The translations under genes were made by a program, and so were the position numbers. From a virus (lineage: Duplodnaviria > Caudoviricetes): DNA of 64,000 bases. The notes under the pieces were generated by a model that saw only the letters and a program-made list of their open reading frames with translations, was not told where the DNA came from and made no database searches. Positions 9,952 through 19,150 of the stretch are shown piece after piece; within the stretch, counting starts at the first letter, position 1, and each line of letters opens with the position of its first letter. The stretch lies in the IMG/VR virus record IMGVR_UViG_3300043104_000334. One strand, given 5' to 3'.

Positions 9952-10656
9952 CTAAAATAACCCAGCGATGTTACCATCAGCCCAAACAACATAGGTCATG
10001 ACTGCATCATATAACGCACCATGTGCCCCTGTAACTCTGTCTTTGTTTAAGTTACCATAGATGACATCAACTGCATGTTGCCCATTAGGAATTACGTCAA
10101 TATATTCCTCAAGCTTTCCTTTCTTGTTCTTCATGAGCGAGTACCCATACTTCTCATAGAATAAATCATGATACCGGTCTTTGTAGAGGACCTGCATATC
10201 ATCCGCATAGTATGAGTTAACGTAATGAACCTTACCCCGTTCATAAGCACTCATATTGAGGTCGATAGAAAGGTCTTCGATATCAAACTTGTATCCGGCA
10301 TGTTTCTTGATGAATGCGTTAATAAACGGAATATCAAATGAATTTGAACTCTTGCCGATGATACACGTGCACTGAATCATTGAATTCAATGCGATAAGGT
10401 TCTTTTCAAAGTCCTGTTCATATTGCTTAAGGAACTCCCGCGTAAGTCCGTGGACACGCTGTGCATCTGACTCTATATTGAAATAGGGTTTATAAAAGTA
10501 CAGCGTTCCATATGTCAGGATTTCTCTTCTATCCATATCAATGTTTATATAACCTACCTCAAGTATCTCTGAGTTATCAGATAATTGAGATACACCATTG
10601 ATTGTATCAAACTTAAGAAACCCTGTTGTTTCTATGTCAATAACTGTTCCAATCAT
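9952..10656 (-). CDS. DEDDh (DnaQ-like) 3'-5' exonuclease
   Basis: ExoI VIDIETTG, VHGLT, SFDIPFI and ExoIII AHGALYDA. Confidence 0.85.
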   Translation of the reverse strand: MIGTVIDIETTGFLKFDTINGVSQLSDNSEILEVGYINIDMDRREILTYGTLYFYKPYFNIESDAQRVHGLTREFLKQYEQDFEKNLIALNSMIQCTCIIGKSSNSFDIPFINAFIKKHAGYKFDIEDLSIDLNMSAYERGKVHYVNSYYADDMQVLYKDRYHDLFYEKYGYSLMKNKKGKLEEYIDVIPNGQHAVDVIYGNLNKDRVTGAHGALYDAVMTYVVWADGNIAGLF

Positions 10657-10676
10657 ATAAATCTCCTTTGCTCAGC

Positions 10677-10787
10677 TTACCTTAAAATAGCCTGAATAAC
10701 ACAATAGGCAACCACCCCGATAAGCAACACTGCTAAAATCCCTCTAAGAATTTTCTCTCCTTTTGTCCATGGATATTGCGAATTCAT
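10677..10787 (-). CDS. 36-aa single-pass membrane peptide (not in the ORF track)
   Basis: MNSQYPWTKGEKILRGILAVLLIGVVAYCVIQAILR; AAGGGAG RBS; fills the intergenic gap. Confidence 0.5.
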   Translation of the reverse strand: MNSQYPWTKGEKILRGILAVLLIGVVAYCVIQAILR

Positions 10788-10811
10788 TTTGTACTCTCTC
10801 CTTTACGCCAC

Positions 10812-11420
10812 TTATTCCTCTGCACCTAATTCTTTTATTAGTTCACTTATACCATTCACTGACTTGTCACTGTAAATCGTGTAGAACTCATGGTGTTCCT
10901 TCTTCCAGTAAAGGTCATCAATGATGTCTGAAAGGTACTGGTTCTGGTTTAACGTGAAGAAAGATAACTGCTTATGCCTATTAATGAAATCGAGCCCAGT
11001 TCTTTCATCATATATCTCCCTGATGTGATTAAGCCATTTTCCAAAGTCTTTGATATGGGAGTTGTCTCTGAGGACAAACCTGCCAAACCACTGTTGTTTG
11101 ATAAGCTGCCTTTCCACTGTTCTTTCCTGCGTTTCACACTCATTCCAAACGATATTATCCGGCTCAACAATAACGTAAGGTATCCCCTGTCTGTCCATTT
11201 CATCAATAACGGATTCTGTCTGGCATATGAATACAAAATCATATTTTCCGGACTTTGCAGCCTCCATAAAATCCCTGATATACTCTTTTTCCCAGCCTTC
11301 CGTCTTTTCATACGTTGAGCTGTCGCTGTCACGCATTGTGTAATTGAATTTGTTCTGGTTGTCTGTCAACCACGTTTTCCCGCAACCTGCAAACACACTT
11401 ATAATTAAAGTTCTCTTCAT
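10812..11420 (-). CDS. P-loop NTPase, kinase-like protein
   Basis: N-terminal IISVFAGCGKT Walker A followed by DSDSS. Confidence 0.65.
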   Translation of the reverse strand: MKRTLIISVFAGCGKTWLTDNQNKFNYTMRDSDSSTYEKTEGWEKEYIRDFMEAAKSGKYDFVFICQTESVIDEMDRQGIPYVIVEPDNIVWNECETQERTVERQLIKQQWFGRFVLRDNSHIKDFGKWLNHIREIYDERTGLDFINRHKQLSFFTLNQNQYLSDIIDDLYWKKEHHEFYTIYSDKSVNGISELIKELGAEE

Positions 11421-11477
11421 GTTTTCCCTTTCCTTATAGGTTCATTCTTATACCTATTAAAATCTCTTATAAATAAC

Positions 11478-12146
11478 TTATGCTGTTCTGTCTTTAATTC
11501 TTTTTTCGAGTACTGACAATCGGTACACTAAGTCTGCAATAGGTTCAACATATTTATTAAACCTACAACCGACTAATATTGTATCATCATCAGAATCAAC
11601 GACACGACATACCTTTGCAAGCACTCTGTAAAATACATCATATCTTGTCGATGTGAATGATACTGATAACGAATCACCAACTTTGATAGAGCGTTCTTCA
11701 AGTTTATCTTTCTTAATAGTCAATCCTAATCCTGTAACAGATACATCATGTGTGTAGCCATCTATAACAGATGTATGCCCATTTATTTGAATAACAGCAT
11801 TTTCACATAAGTATACTCTATAGGCTTCCCTCCTGTTTAGGGGTTCTGCGTTATCGTGAGCCATAATCATAAGATACCATTCTTTGTTGTATGTTACATA
11901 CTTTGTTGCAGATACCTTATATTTGAATGGACGCATAAGTTCTTCATCCATTAGCTCAGCCTCAACATAGCATCCACTTATATCAAGATACTTTCCAGAC
12001 TCAGCGCGAATAGGCTCGACCATGATCATGTGCTTGTCATGTAGACTGGCACCATACCGTATTGTTGTATTGTATTCTTTTGTCTCTCCCTTAACTGTAA
12101 CCTGCAACACTACAGATGTACCAGTCTTATGTTCGTCAATGTACAT
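11478..12146 (-). CDS. PilZ-domain c-di-GMP receptor (YcgR-like two-domain layout)
   Basis: NRREAYRV (RxxxR) and DVSVTG (DxSxxG) motifs; C-terminal AKVCRV...VGCRF. Confidence 0.85.
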   Translation of the reverse strand: MYIDEHKTGTSVVLQVTVKGETKEYNTTIRYGASLHDKHMIMVEPIRAESGKYLDISGCYVEAELMDEELMRPFKYKVSATKYVTYNKEWYLMIMAHDNAEPLNRREAYRVYLCENAVIQINGHTSVIDGYTHDVSVTGLGLTIKKDKLEERSIKVGDSLSVSFTSTRYDVFYRVLAKVCRVVDSDDDTILVGCRFNKYVEPIADLVYRLSVLEKRIKDRTA

Positions 12147-12186
12147 TATTACTCCTAGCCAAAATTATTTACCCCTTATACATTAA

Positions 12187-12465
12187 CTATTCTACTTTAC
12201 CCTTTCGCTTATAGAATATAAGCACAGACCCATAGAGAATCAATGCAAGAACAAAATCTGCAAATGTCTCAATCATTACAAGTTCGGATGGTTTAGTCAA
12301 TATAATATAAATACACCAACTAATATTACCAATCATAGATATTGCAATCCCTAGCAATGAGTAATCATTACTACTCTTTGTTCTCCAAATCTTCACTACG
12401 TACGGCACTGTACTAATGTATGAGCACACATAGAATACTGTGCAAAATACATCTATCATACACAC
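12187..12465 (-). CDS. PQ-loop / SemiSWEET-like 3-TM membrane protein
   Basis: VPYVVKIWRTKSSNDYSL...ISWCIY with three hydrophobic helices; the PQ motif appears as PY. Confidence 0.7.
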   Translation of the reverse strand: MCMIDVFCTVFYVCSYISTVPYVVKIWRTKSSNDYSLLGIAISMIGNISWCIYIILTKPSELVMIETFADFVLALILYGSVLIFYKRKGKVE

Positions 12466-12468
12466 TCC

Positions 12469-12837
12469 TTACTGCGCAGGCTGAATCTGTTTTGGCAACT
12501 GCACATTTGACTTTATAAGCTTCTTCAACCGGTTCGCAGCTAAAACGATTTCACTGAACTTTACACCGATTGTATTGTTGTTCGGAAATGGAATTGAATA
12601 TGTTGCACCAGTTGTCCGAATGGTGATTACCGGTGTATATGTATCCATATCCATTATGTACATACTACCTCGATTAAAATCGAGTAGAACACCAACGATG
12701 TAAGTCTTACCACTCTGAGAGCAGACCTGAGCAAGTATGAACTGTGATTCCTCGTTTGTCTCCTCGTCATGTTCACCTACAGCTTGATAGTATACAGTTA
12801 CTGTGCCATGTGCAATGGCATTGATGATTTCTTTCAT
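12469..12837 (-). CDS. hypothetical protein
   Basis: Start moved to the ATG at 12837 after a GGAGG RBS. Confidence 0.55.
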   Translation of the reverse strand: MKEIINAIAHGTVTVYYQAVGEHDEETNEESQFILAQVCSQSGKTYIVGVLLDFNRGSMYIMDMDTYTPVITIRTTGATYSIPFPNNNTIGVKFSEIVLAANRLKKLIKSNVQLPKQIQPAQ

Positions 12838-12876
12838 AGTGTATCCTCCACATTGTAATTTATATAAGTTGATTGC

Positions 12877-12910
12877 TCTATGCACTCAGGATTAAACTTG
12901 AGTGCATAGA
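12877..12910 (-). terminator. hairpin, probable terminator
   Basis: TCTATGCACTCA...TGAGTGCATAGA 12-bp inverted repeat downstream of 12959-14107. Confidence 0.6.
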
Positions 12911-12958
12911 TTTTATATCCAAACTAACTACTGTCGCACTACGTAGTGACCACGTTCC

Positions 12959-14107
12959 CTACTTTACATTGTAAACCTTTACAGTCTTACTTGCTGGCTT
13001 AGTGCCATTCACATGAGTTGCCCGTACATAGGAATAAGCACCTTGCTTGTTGCCGACAAAAATGTAAAAGCCATCAACCAGATTGTAATCACCTCTACCT
13101 CTACTTTTACGATAAAAGCCTTTACGATCATGCTCAATAGGCGATGAATGATGCCCACCTTTATAGGTATACTCTCCTGTAACATGATATGCGTTGAGGT
13201 TTACAAGCTTATCAGTTATTTCAGCCTTTTCATTATCCGTAGAACTTCTGACGACATGCACTGCATGCTCCTTATAAATTTTATGCTCTACAGACCCAGC
13301 CTTTTGTATTGTATCCCTATGATTGTAACAATGTACGCAATACATAATTGCATATATAATTTTGTAGGACATCCGCACAAAATAAGCGTTTACAGGCTTA
13401 TCTGAGTCAAGGTCAATAAGGTTGTATATGCCTAATGTAGAATTCTTTGACAGTTTTACCAGACTTGCGTCAAATTTGTAAGCTGGCCCTACACTAATAT
13501 GATATTCATCTTTAAGAATTGCGAGACCGAAGATAGGTGTGACGTCTTTATACTTACTATACATACAATTAGCGCTGAATTCCTTAGCATTATTGAGGTA
13601 TACAGAAGCAACTAAACCATTCTCAGCCCACGTATATTTATCCTTGTAGGTTAAGGGTATTCCATCCATGAATGGTTTAACATGTACAAACCAAATATCC
13701 CCGTCACCAGTTGGCATCTCAATAGTAAGTTCCGGCACATCTGTAATCTTCACATCGTTAATGTAGTCAAATATTGTCCAATCTATATTCAATGCACTAT
13801 AGTAAAAGTGTAAGATAGAGTCATAGTGCGCAGTAAGATCAATAGCATCGTGTGTAACCGCGAAATTCGTACGCCTGCCTGTGTAGCTTGCCATCTTATA
13901 CAACTTCTCATTGATAAGCTTCTTCTTGTCCTCAACAGAACTAAGAAGATGTGAGTAATCTTTTTTCTTCATTCCAAATACGGAATTAGGGATTACCTCG
14001 AGACTTCTGTTATAAAGCCAACGTCCATAATTATCAAAACCCATAATAGTTATCCTCCGTTTTATTTTCATGAATGGCTGATTAGCATAAGTATACCAAT
14101 CAGCCAT
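12959..14107 (-). CDS. hypothetical phage-type protein
   Basis: C-terminal HHSSPIEHDRKGFYRK...YVRATHVNG resembles an H-x-RxGxxR motif recalled from phage proteins of unknown function. Confidence 0.6.
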   Translation of the reverse strand: MADWYTYANQPFMKIKRRITIMGFDNYGRWLYNRSLEVIPNSVFGMKKKDYSHLLSSVEDKKKLINEKLYKMASYTGRRTNFAVTHDAIDLTAHYDSILHFYYSALNIDWTIFDYINDVKITDVPELTIEMPTGDGDIWFVHVKPFMDGIPLTYKDKYTWAENGLVASVYLNNAKEFSANCMYSKYKDVTPIFGLAILKDEYHISVGPAYKFDASLVKLSKNSTLGIYNLIDLDSDKPVNAYFVRMSYKIIYAIMYCVHCYNHRDTIQKAGSVEHKIYKEHAVHVVRSSTDNEKAEITDKLVNLNAYHVTGEYTYKGGHHSSPIEHDRKGFYRKSRGRGDYNLVDGFYIFVGNKQGAYSYVRATHVNGTKPASKTVKVYNVK

Positions 14108-14130
14108 TCCAGATACAGCAAGAATACTTA

Positions 14131-15222
14131 CTAATCTGCGTTTAGCTGTCTGATATTATCATAGATAGCATTCAGATTCTTAGCCCTGATGGTGTTTGGG
14201 CTATTGATAGCCATAAGTGCATCACAAGGATTAACACTATAAGTAACCATAAAGTTGCATTTTACACCGACTGAATTAAGAATGAATACTACCAACTCAC
14301 AGTAGACACGAGGGTCATACTTGATTTTTTCAGAGGTAATTTTCGTAATCTCTTCTACAGAGTATCCCCAATAATCTGCAAGCTCTTCGACATCAACTCC
14401 CGCAAGTATATCAGCGAAGTTGTATTCTTCCCGCTGTATATTACCATTTCTGAGATACTCAACAACAAACCTTGGATAGTCCTGTGACAGGTCATAAAGT
14501 CTGCACACATCCATTGTCTCACTGTAAGGAATGTTGTACACATACTTAGCAGTAATACTAAGTGTATCATCCCTGTTTGAAGACTTGTAACCCATCAAGT
14601 CCTTATATGTCGTCTTATAATCTGCGAGAACCCCTTCAACCGATAGTCTCATAAACTCATCAACAAGTTCCGGTTTTGTCTTAAGTAACTTGTCGAACTC
14701 ATCAATTCCGAAGCATGCAGCAATACAGTTCATATAGTATAAAGAGTGTAACAGCTTACTGTTCTTCATATCCTCAAACAGTTTTAGTATTTCATTTATT
14801 CTGATTCCGGGCGTCGAGTATTCACCAATACCATCCGGAGTATATGACACCTGATAGTAATACCCTCTAAATAGATGTAAGTATCTATTATACTTAAGGG
14901 CAAGCGTAGGTGTGCCATTTGAGTTCTTTTTAATATACGGCTCAAACTTAAGGTAACCAAGTTTCGCAGCGCTTGCAAGGAATGCATCAAGAGTTTTTTC
15001 CTCTGTCTTGATTTTTCCATAACAAGAGTTAATACGCTCCCAGTTCTTTTCTGGTATGAACTTAATACACTCCTCTGGCTCTGTCTGATAAACCATGACA
15101 TCAGTATAGCCATCTGCCAGAAGCTTTGTGATGACCATGTCACGATTTTTGTGTGTCTCATTGTCTGCTGTCGCAACAGACACACTCACACGGTTTGCGG
15201 CTCTTAATAATTCATTGTTCAT
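14131..15222 (-). CDS. hypothetical protein with ELLxAA-type N-terminus
   Basis: Begins MNNELLRAANRVSV. Confidence 0.6.
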   Translation of the reverse strand: MNNELLRAANRVSVSVATADNETHKNRDMVITKLLADGYTDVMVYQTEPEECIKFIPEKNWERINSCYGKIKTEEKTLDAFLASAAKLGYLKFEPYIKKNSNGTPTLALKYNRYLHLFRGYYYQVSYTPDGIGEYSTPGIRINEILKLFEDMKNSKLLHSLYYMNCIAACFGIDEFDKLLKTKPELVDEFMRLSVEGVLADYKTTYKDLMGYKSSNRDDTLSITAKYVYNIPYSETMDVCRLYDLSQDYPRFVVEYLRNGNIQREEYNFADILAGVDVEELADYWGYSVEEITKITSEKIKYDPRVYCELVVFILNSVGVKCNFMVTYSVNPCDALMAINSPNTIRAKNLNAIYDNIRQLNAD

Positions 15223-15339
15223 ACTGTACCTACTTTCTGCACTACTGTGCTATAAAATATTTATACAAAGACTACTGTCTTAGTACACAGGTTTGTAAGA
15301 ATACACTAACATAAGTGTCAATGTGCTGTATTTCGCTCT

Positions 15340-15381
15340 TTATCATTAGTATATGATAATAACGTGATTGTGTTTTCAGAA
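15340..15381 (-). promoter_or_regulatory. bipartite putative promoter (copy 2)
   Basis: TTCTGAAAA-N16-TCATATACTAATGATAA, with boxes identical to 8504-8545. Confidence 0.6.
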
Positions 15382-15637
15382 TTGTCATCTCACATCTTTG
15401 ATTACTTACTCATATTATAATTTTAAAGAAGTTGATTAAACATATCTGCTGTAAGACTATCTTATGCTCTTAAGTATTCACATATCTCTATTGATATACC
15501 AAATGTCTTTGTGTCATTTGACGTAAGTCTGATAGAGCGTAATCAAATGTATTTTCAAGACTATTTTTAACTCATAATAAACCTCAAGTTATAATAATAT
15601 TTTGTTGATTTTTTGACAGCTATAATACAACTGTTAG

Positions 15638-16058
15638 TGGACCTGACGGGAGTCGAACCCGTGTCCAAAGATAGTACTCATAGTAACATCTACATCTTAG
15701 GAAAACTTTCAGCGTTTTATATAAGAGTGTGACGGCTTAAGGGTTACCAACCTCTCCTATTACTAGAACTCCACACAATCACGATATCTCCTCTTCCTTG
15801 CTCATGACGGAATCTCACGCATGTTGATTTACGAGCAACATAAATTGACTGTTTACTTTATAGTACTAAACGTTGAGGCAGTATCCACCATCGTTCCAGT
15901 ACCCGGTACTAAACCGGAGGCTATTTACATAAATCCTAAAAATGATTAAGCAGCGATAGCCATTTTACGCGTGTTTGCGCTTATTTTAAATTTGGTTTAA
16001 GGTGACCAACCGATGCAGTTATTTACTTTCGTACCCCTGTCGAAACCATTACAGGCCC
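15638..16058 (-). ncRNA. ssrA: tmRNA (about 421 nt), tag (A)ANTRKMAIAA
   Basis: 5' GGGCCTGTAATGGTTTCGACAGGGG; 3' GACACGGGTTCGACTCCCGTCAGGTCCA. Acceptor stem GGGCCTG/CAGGTCC has the G3.U70 Ala determinant. Tag ORF 15978-15946 reads GCA AAC ACG CGT AAA ATG GCT ATC GCT GCT TAA. CCA is not encoded. Confidence 0.93.
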
Positions 16059-16100
16059 AGATACTTATTTAATATAAACGTGTTTATAAAATTACAAATG

Positions 16101-16143
16101 TGTAGGTATAAGCTTCATAATTATTATAAAGCCTACACCTACA
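16101..16143 (-). terminator. long hairpin upstream of tmRNA, probable terminator or processing stem
   Basis: About 21-bp inverted repeat whose three mismatches are all G.U pairs on the minus strand, followed by U-rich sequence. Confidence 0.6.
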
Positions 16144-16260
16144 ATAATACATTGTCTATTCGTTAGTAGCTATTATCGTTCCTACCTTTGTATAAAGGAA
16201 GCTACCCAGACGATAAGACTAAACCGGACATGTCAGCATACACATTTTTTCTCAAATATT

Positions 16261-16815
16261 TTATGATCGTTCATAGCGATAATATTTCGGTTTATCACCA
16301 AATCTCATTACACCACCATTCTCGTTCCTTAAGTAAACACCGTCTTCTTCTACAGAAAATGTGTACCCCTTCATTCGTCCTGCAGCGAAAGTGCACCTCC
16401 CGGTCATAGGGCCATCAAAGTCATATGAATCGAGTTCCCACTTTTCGGGTTTGGCACATTGATACAGCATGTAAGCCATCCTGACGTTATCGTCTTCACA
16501 ACTGCGCAAAGCTACCCTAAGTGCTTCATTGTGTACGATTTTCTTCAACCATAATTCTGAAGTAAGGTCTGGATTTTTCCACAATCTGCATAATCTGTTT
16601 GTTACACCAAATATCACTCGTGCATTAAATGCTCTCATACCATCCAGCCCAATAGTTGAGTCATCCGTCCTAATCATATTGAGTGTCAGATACATCGTTT
16701 CTTCATCAGATTTTATCCCATTCGCAGACTGTTCAGATGAAACCTCATCTGAATCTTCCCCAATGTTCATCTCAGCTGCTTTAGCAGCGTCTAATAATTC
16801 ATCAAGCATTGACAT
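16261..16815 (-). CDS. hypothetical protein with ELLxAA-type N-terminus
   Basis: Start at ATG 16815 after AAGGAG: MSMLDELLDAAKAAEMN. Confidence 0.6.
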   Translation of the reverse strand: MSMLDELLDAAKAAEMNIGEDSDEVSSEQSANGIKSDEETMYLTLNMIRTDDSTIGLDGMRAFNARVIFGVTNRLCRLWKNPDLTSELWLKKIVHNEALRVALRSCEDDNVRMAYMLYQCAKPEKWELDSYDFDGPMTGRCTFAAGRMKGYTFSVEEDGVYLRNENGGVMRFGDKPKYYRYERS

Positions 16816-16864
16816 AATAGTTTCTCCTTTAAACATTTATTACTGTTACCGAACCGAACATGTA

Positions 16865-17047
16865 TTAGTACATATACTTCCTATTGTACTCTCTTACACG
16901 TTCGTCATTGTGAGGACAGTCTCCACAGCCCATATGGCTGAAACCATCGTTGTGACAGCCATCACAACTATAACTCTCTACACCAGGACCACGGTCATGT
17001 TCACACCCACACCCAAACAAGATTGGTCCATCAAATTCATCTCCCAT
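16865..17047 (-). CDS. small Cys/His-rich protein
   Basis: GCGCEH, CDGCH and CGDCPH; AAGGAGG RBS. Confidence 0.55.
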   Translation of the reverse strand: MGDEFDGPILFGCGCEHDRGPGVESYSCDGCHNDGFSHMGCGDCPHNDERVREYNRKYMY

Positions 17048-17067
17048 TTTATTCCTCCTTTATTTTA

Positions 17068-18402
17068 TCAATCACCCGTATCTGAATAATGAGTAATAAC
17101 GATTGCCTTTGTGCTACTTAAATATATTCTTTTTGGGTGCTCTCGGAAACCACAAGATGGCGAAAAGTAACCATTTATACATTGTTCCACGAGTGCGGGA
17201 AGTAAGTTTGTAACATTCTCCTCAGTCAGATTATATTTGTCCAAAAGCTTTAAAACGTCTATTTCTATGACATCTCCACCCTCAGTGAATCTGCCATAAC
17301 ACTTTTGCCACGACTTATATAAAGTCCCATCTTCCGTCGTATACTCCGGCAATCTTTGTCCAGCAATCTTAAATAATTCCTCAAGATCAAAGTGATGCTG
17401 CTTAATCATCCTGTAACTTCCGCAATCGATTACAATTGCGTCTGTATAATCGTGTATATAAGCATCATAAAATGCTTCGCGCGTATCTACAACAGAACTT
17501 GGTAAGCTCCATTTGAAATTTTTAGGAAAACTGCCATGACCCTTACAGAACATATGTCGTATCGTTGTTAGCCCATACACCTTACTAAAATTCATTTTTT
17601 CCGGGGTGTCTACTTCTCTCCAGTGCAGCTCCCATCTGTCATATACTTTTTCAATTTTAAACACATCGATATCGAATATGATCTTACCCAAATCTTGTTC
17701 AGCAGGTGTACCCTCGGTAGTTCTACTATTTCCGCTGCCTTTAAACTCAATGACATCTGATGAAGTATCCCTATGATACACATCACCATTAAAATGAATA
17801 TAATACATGGGTATATTAGCATTTGTTAATAAGCACGCCCTTCCCTTAAGGTTACGTATAATACTATTTACTTTTTCTACGCCACCCCACACAGAAGAAT
17901 CGAACACACACACTGCTCCATGTTCAAGCTGATAAAGATATACATCTCCACGAACACTAGTACCATTAACATCCCATTGATCCTCATCGTAACATAGACC
18001 GATACGTTTAGGGTTCACCAATCTGAATTGGTTGTGCCCACAATAGTGATAAGCACCGGTGGCGAGTACTGAATACGTTGAGTTAATCATATTGAACTTA
18101 CTCAATACACCAGATTCTACTATCACATATGTTGGATACATCCCGACATAGTCCCCTGCATAGCACGGACAATCCATTTGACCATTCCTACACGTATCAA
18201 CAAAAATATAGTCATACCTGCCAATTATCTCTTTATACAATCCTTTAAAGCTACTGACATTTATAATATTGCTATTGTACTCTGTATTGTCACGTTCACA
18301 ATCCCATAGATCAATCATTCCATCGGCTGTATCTGCATATGATATCATATGTGTCCTAATGCAGTCACCCCATGGTACGACTTTATAGTATTTATCTTCC
18401 AT
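17068..18402 (-). CDS. hypothetical protein
   Basis: 444-aa ORF with AAGGAG RBS. Confidence 0.6.
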   Translation of the reverse strand: MEDKYYKVVPWGDCIRTHMISYADTADGMIDLWDCERDNTEYNSNIINVSSFKGLYKEIIGRYDYIFVDTCRNGQMDCPCYAGDYVGMYPTYVIVESGVLSKFNMINSTYSVLATGAYHYCGHNQFRLVNPKRIGLCYDEDQWDVNGTSVRGDVYLYQLEHGAVCVFDSSVWGGVEKVNSIIRNLKGRACLLTNANIPMYYIHFNGDVYHRDTSSDVIEFKGSGNSRTTEGTPAEQDLGKIIFDIDVFKIEKVYDRWELHWREVDTPEKMNFSKVYGLTTIRHMFCKGHGSFPKNFKWSLPSSVVDTREAFYDAYIHDYTDAIVIDCGSYRMIKQHHFDLEELFKIAGQRLPEYTTEDGTLYKSWQKCYGRFTEGGDVIEIDVLKLLDKYNLTEENVTNLLPALVEQCINGYFSPSCGFREHPKRIYLSSTKAIVITHYSDTGD

Positions 18403-18450
18403 TTTGATAGTCTCCTTTATTACTATAGAATGAATTGAATGTTCTTATAA

Positions 18451-18738
18451 TTATATCATGAATCTACCTGTAAGCTCCTTAGTTACTAACCCGAGAAATA
18501 CAAACTTGCAAATGCCATAAAGCCCGAGTGCACATACAAGCAATACTGTTACTAAAGCCAGTACTGGACTTATGCCATAGAGGAACCCATTCATAACAGG
18601 AAGCATCAATGCCGACATGGCAATATACACCATAACAACATCACAGATTACTTTCTTTCTGTAAATCATAAGGCCGTCAGATTCTCTTAACTTGCCTACC
18701 ACTTTCTCAATTTTCTTGTTCATATTTATTTCCTCCAT
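18451..18738 (-). CDS. 2-TM membrane protein
   Basis: Two hydrophobic segments. Confidence 0.55.
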   Translation of the reverse strand: MEEINMNKKIEKVVGKLRESDGLMIYRKKVICDVVMVYIAMSALMLPVMNGFLYGISPVLALVTVLLVCALGLYGICKFVFLGLVTKELTGRFMI

Positions 18739-18747
18739 ATTCTCGCT

Positions 18748-19149
18748 TTATTTTATCTCATAGACTTTCTTCATAGCTTTGATCATATGCTGTATATCTT
18801 TTCTTGAAAACCCAGACTCATCAAGCACTGTATTATTTTCATCAGTTACTACTACACGATAACTTTCACCTGATGGTGGTGTATTTTCTAGCATACTATT
18901 GAGCACATTATTTAGGTATAGTTCACCTCTAATATTGCAGTCAGATTGCGATCTTCTAAACCAGATGTGTGCATCACCCTTGTAGTACAATGCTCGTTCG
19001 AGGTCTTCTACCATTTCGGAAGCTTTCTTCTTATCGAAACTAAACGTTGCATCATGATTCTTTCCATACACAATTAGCTCGTACGAGCCTACAATGGTTT
19101 GTTTTGCTATTATTCCTTTACTCTCGTTGCTATTCTCAATTTTACCCAT
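18748..19149 (-). CDS. hypothetical protein
   Basis: Start moved to the ATG at 19149 after AAGGAG (MGKIENS). Confidence 0.55.
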   Translation of the reverse strand: MGKIENSNESKGIIAKQTIVGSYELIVYGKNHDATFSFDKKKASEMVEDLERALYYKGDAHIWFRRSQSDCNIRGELYLNNVLNSMLENTPPSGESYRVVVTDENNTVLDESGFSRKDIQHMIKAMKKVYEIK

Positions 19150-19150
19150 T

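Noticed and set aside
15613-15626. Plus-strand sigma-70 promoter (TTGACA...TATAAT)
   Set aside because: The two boxes are only 2 nt apart instead of about 17.
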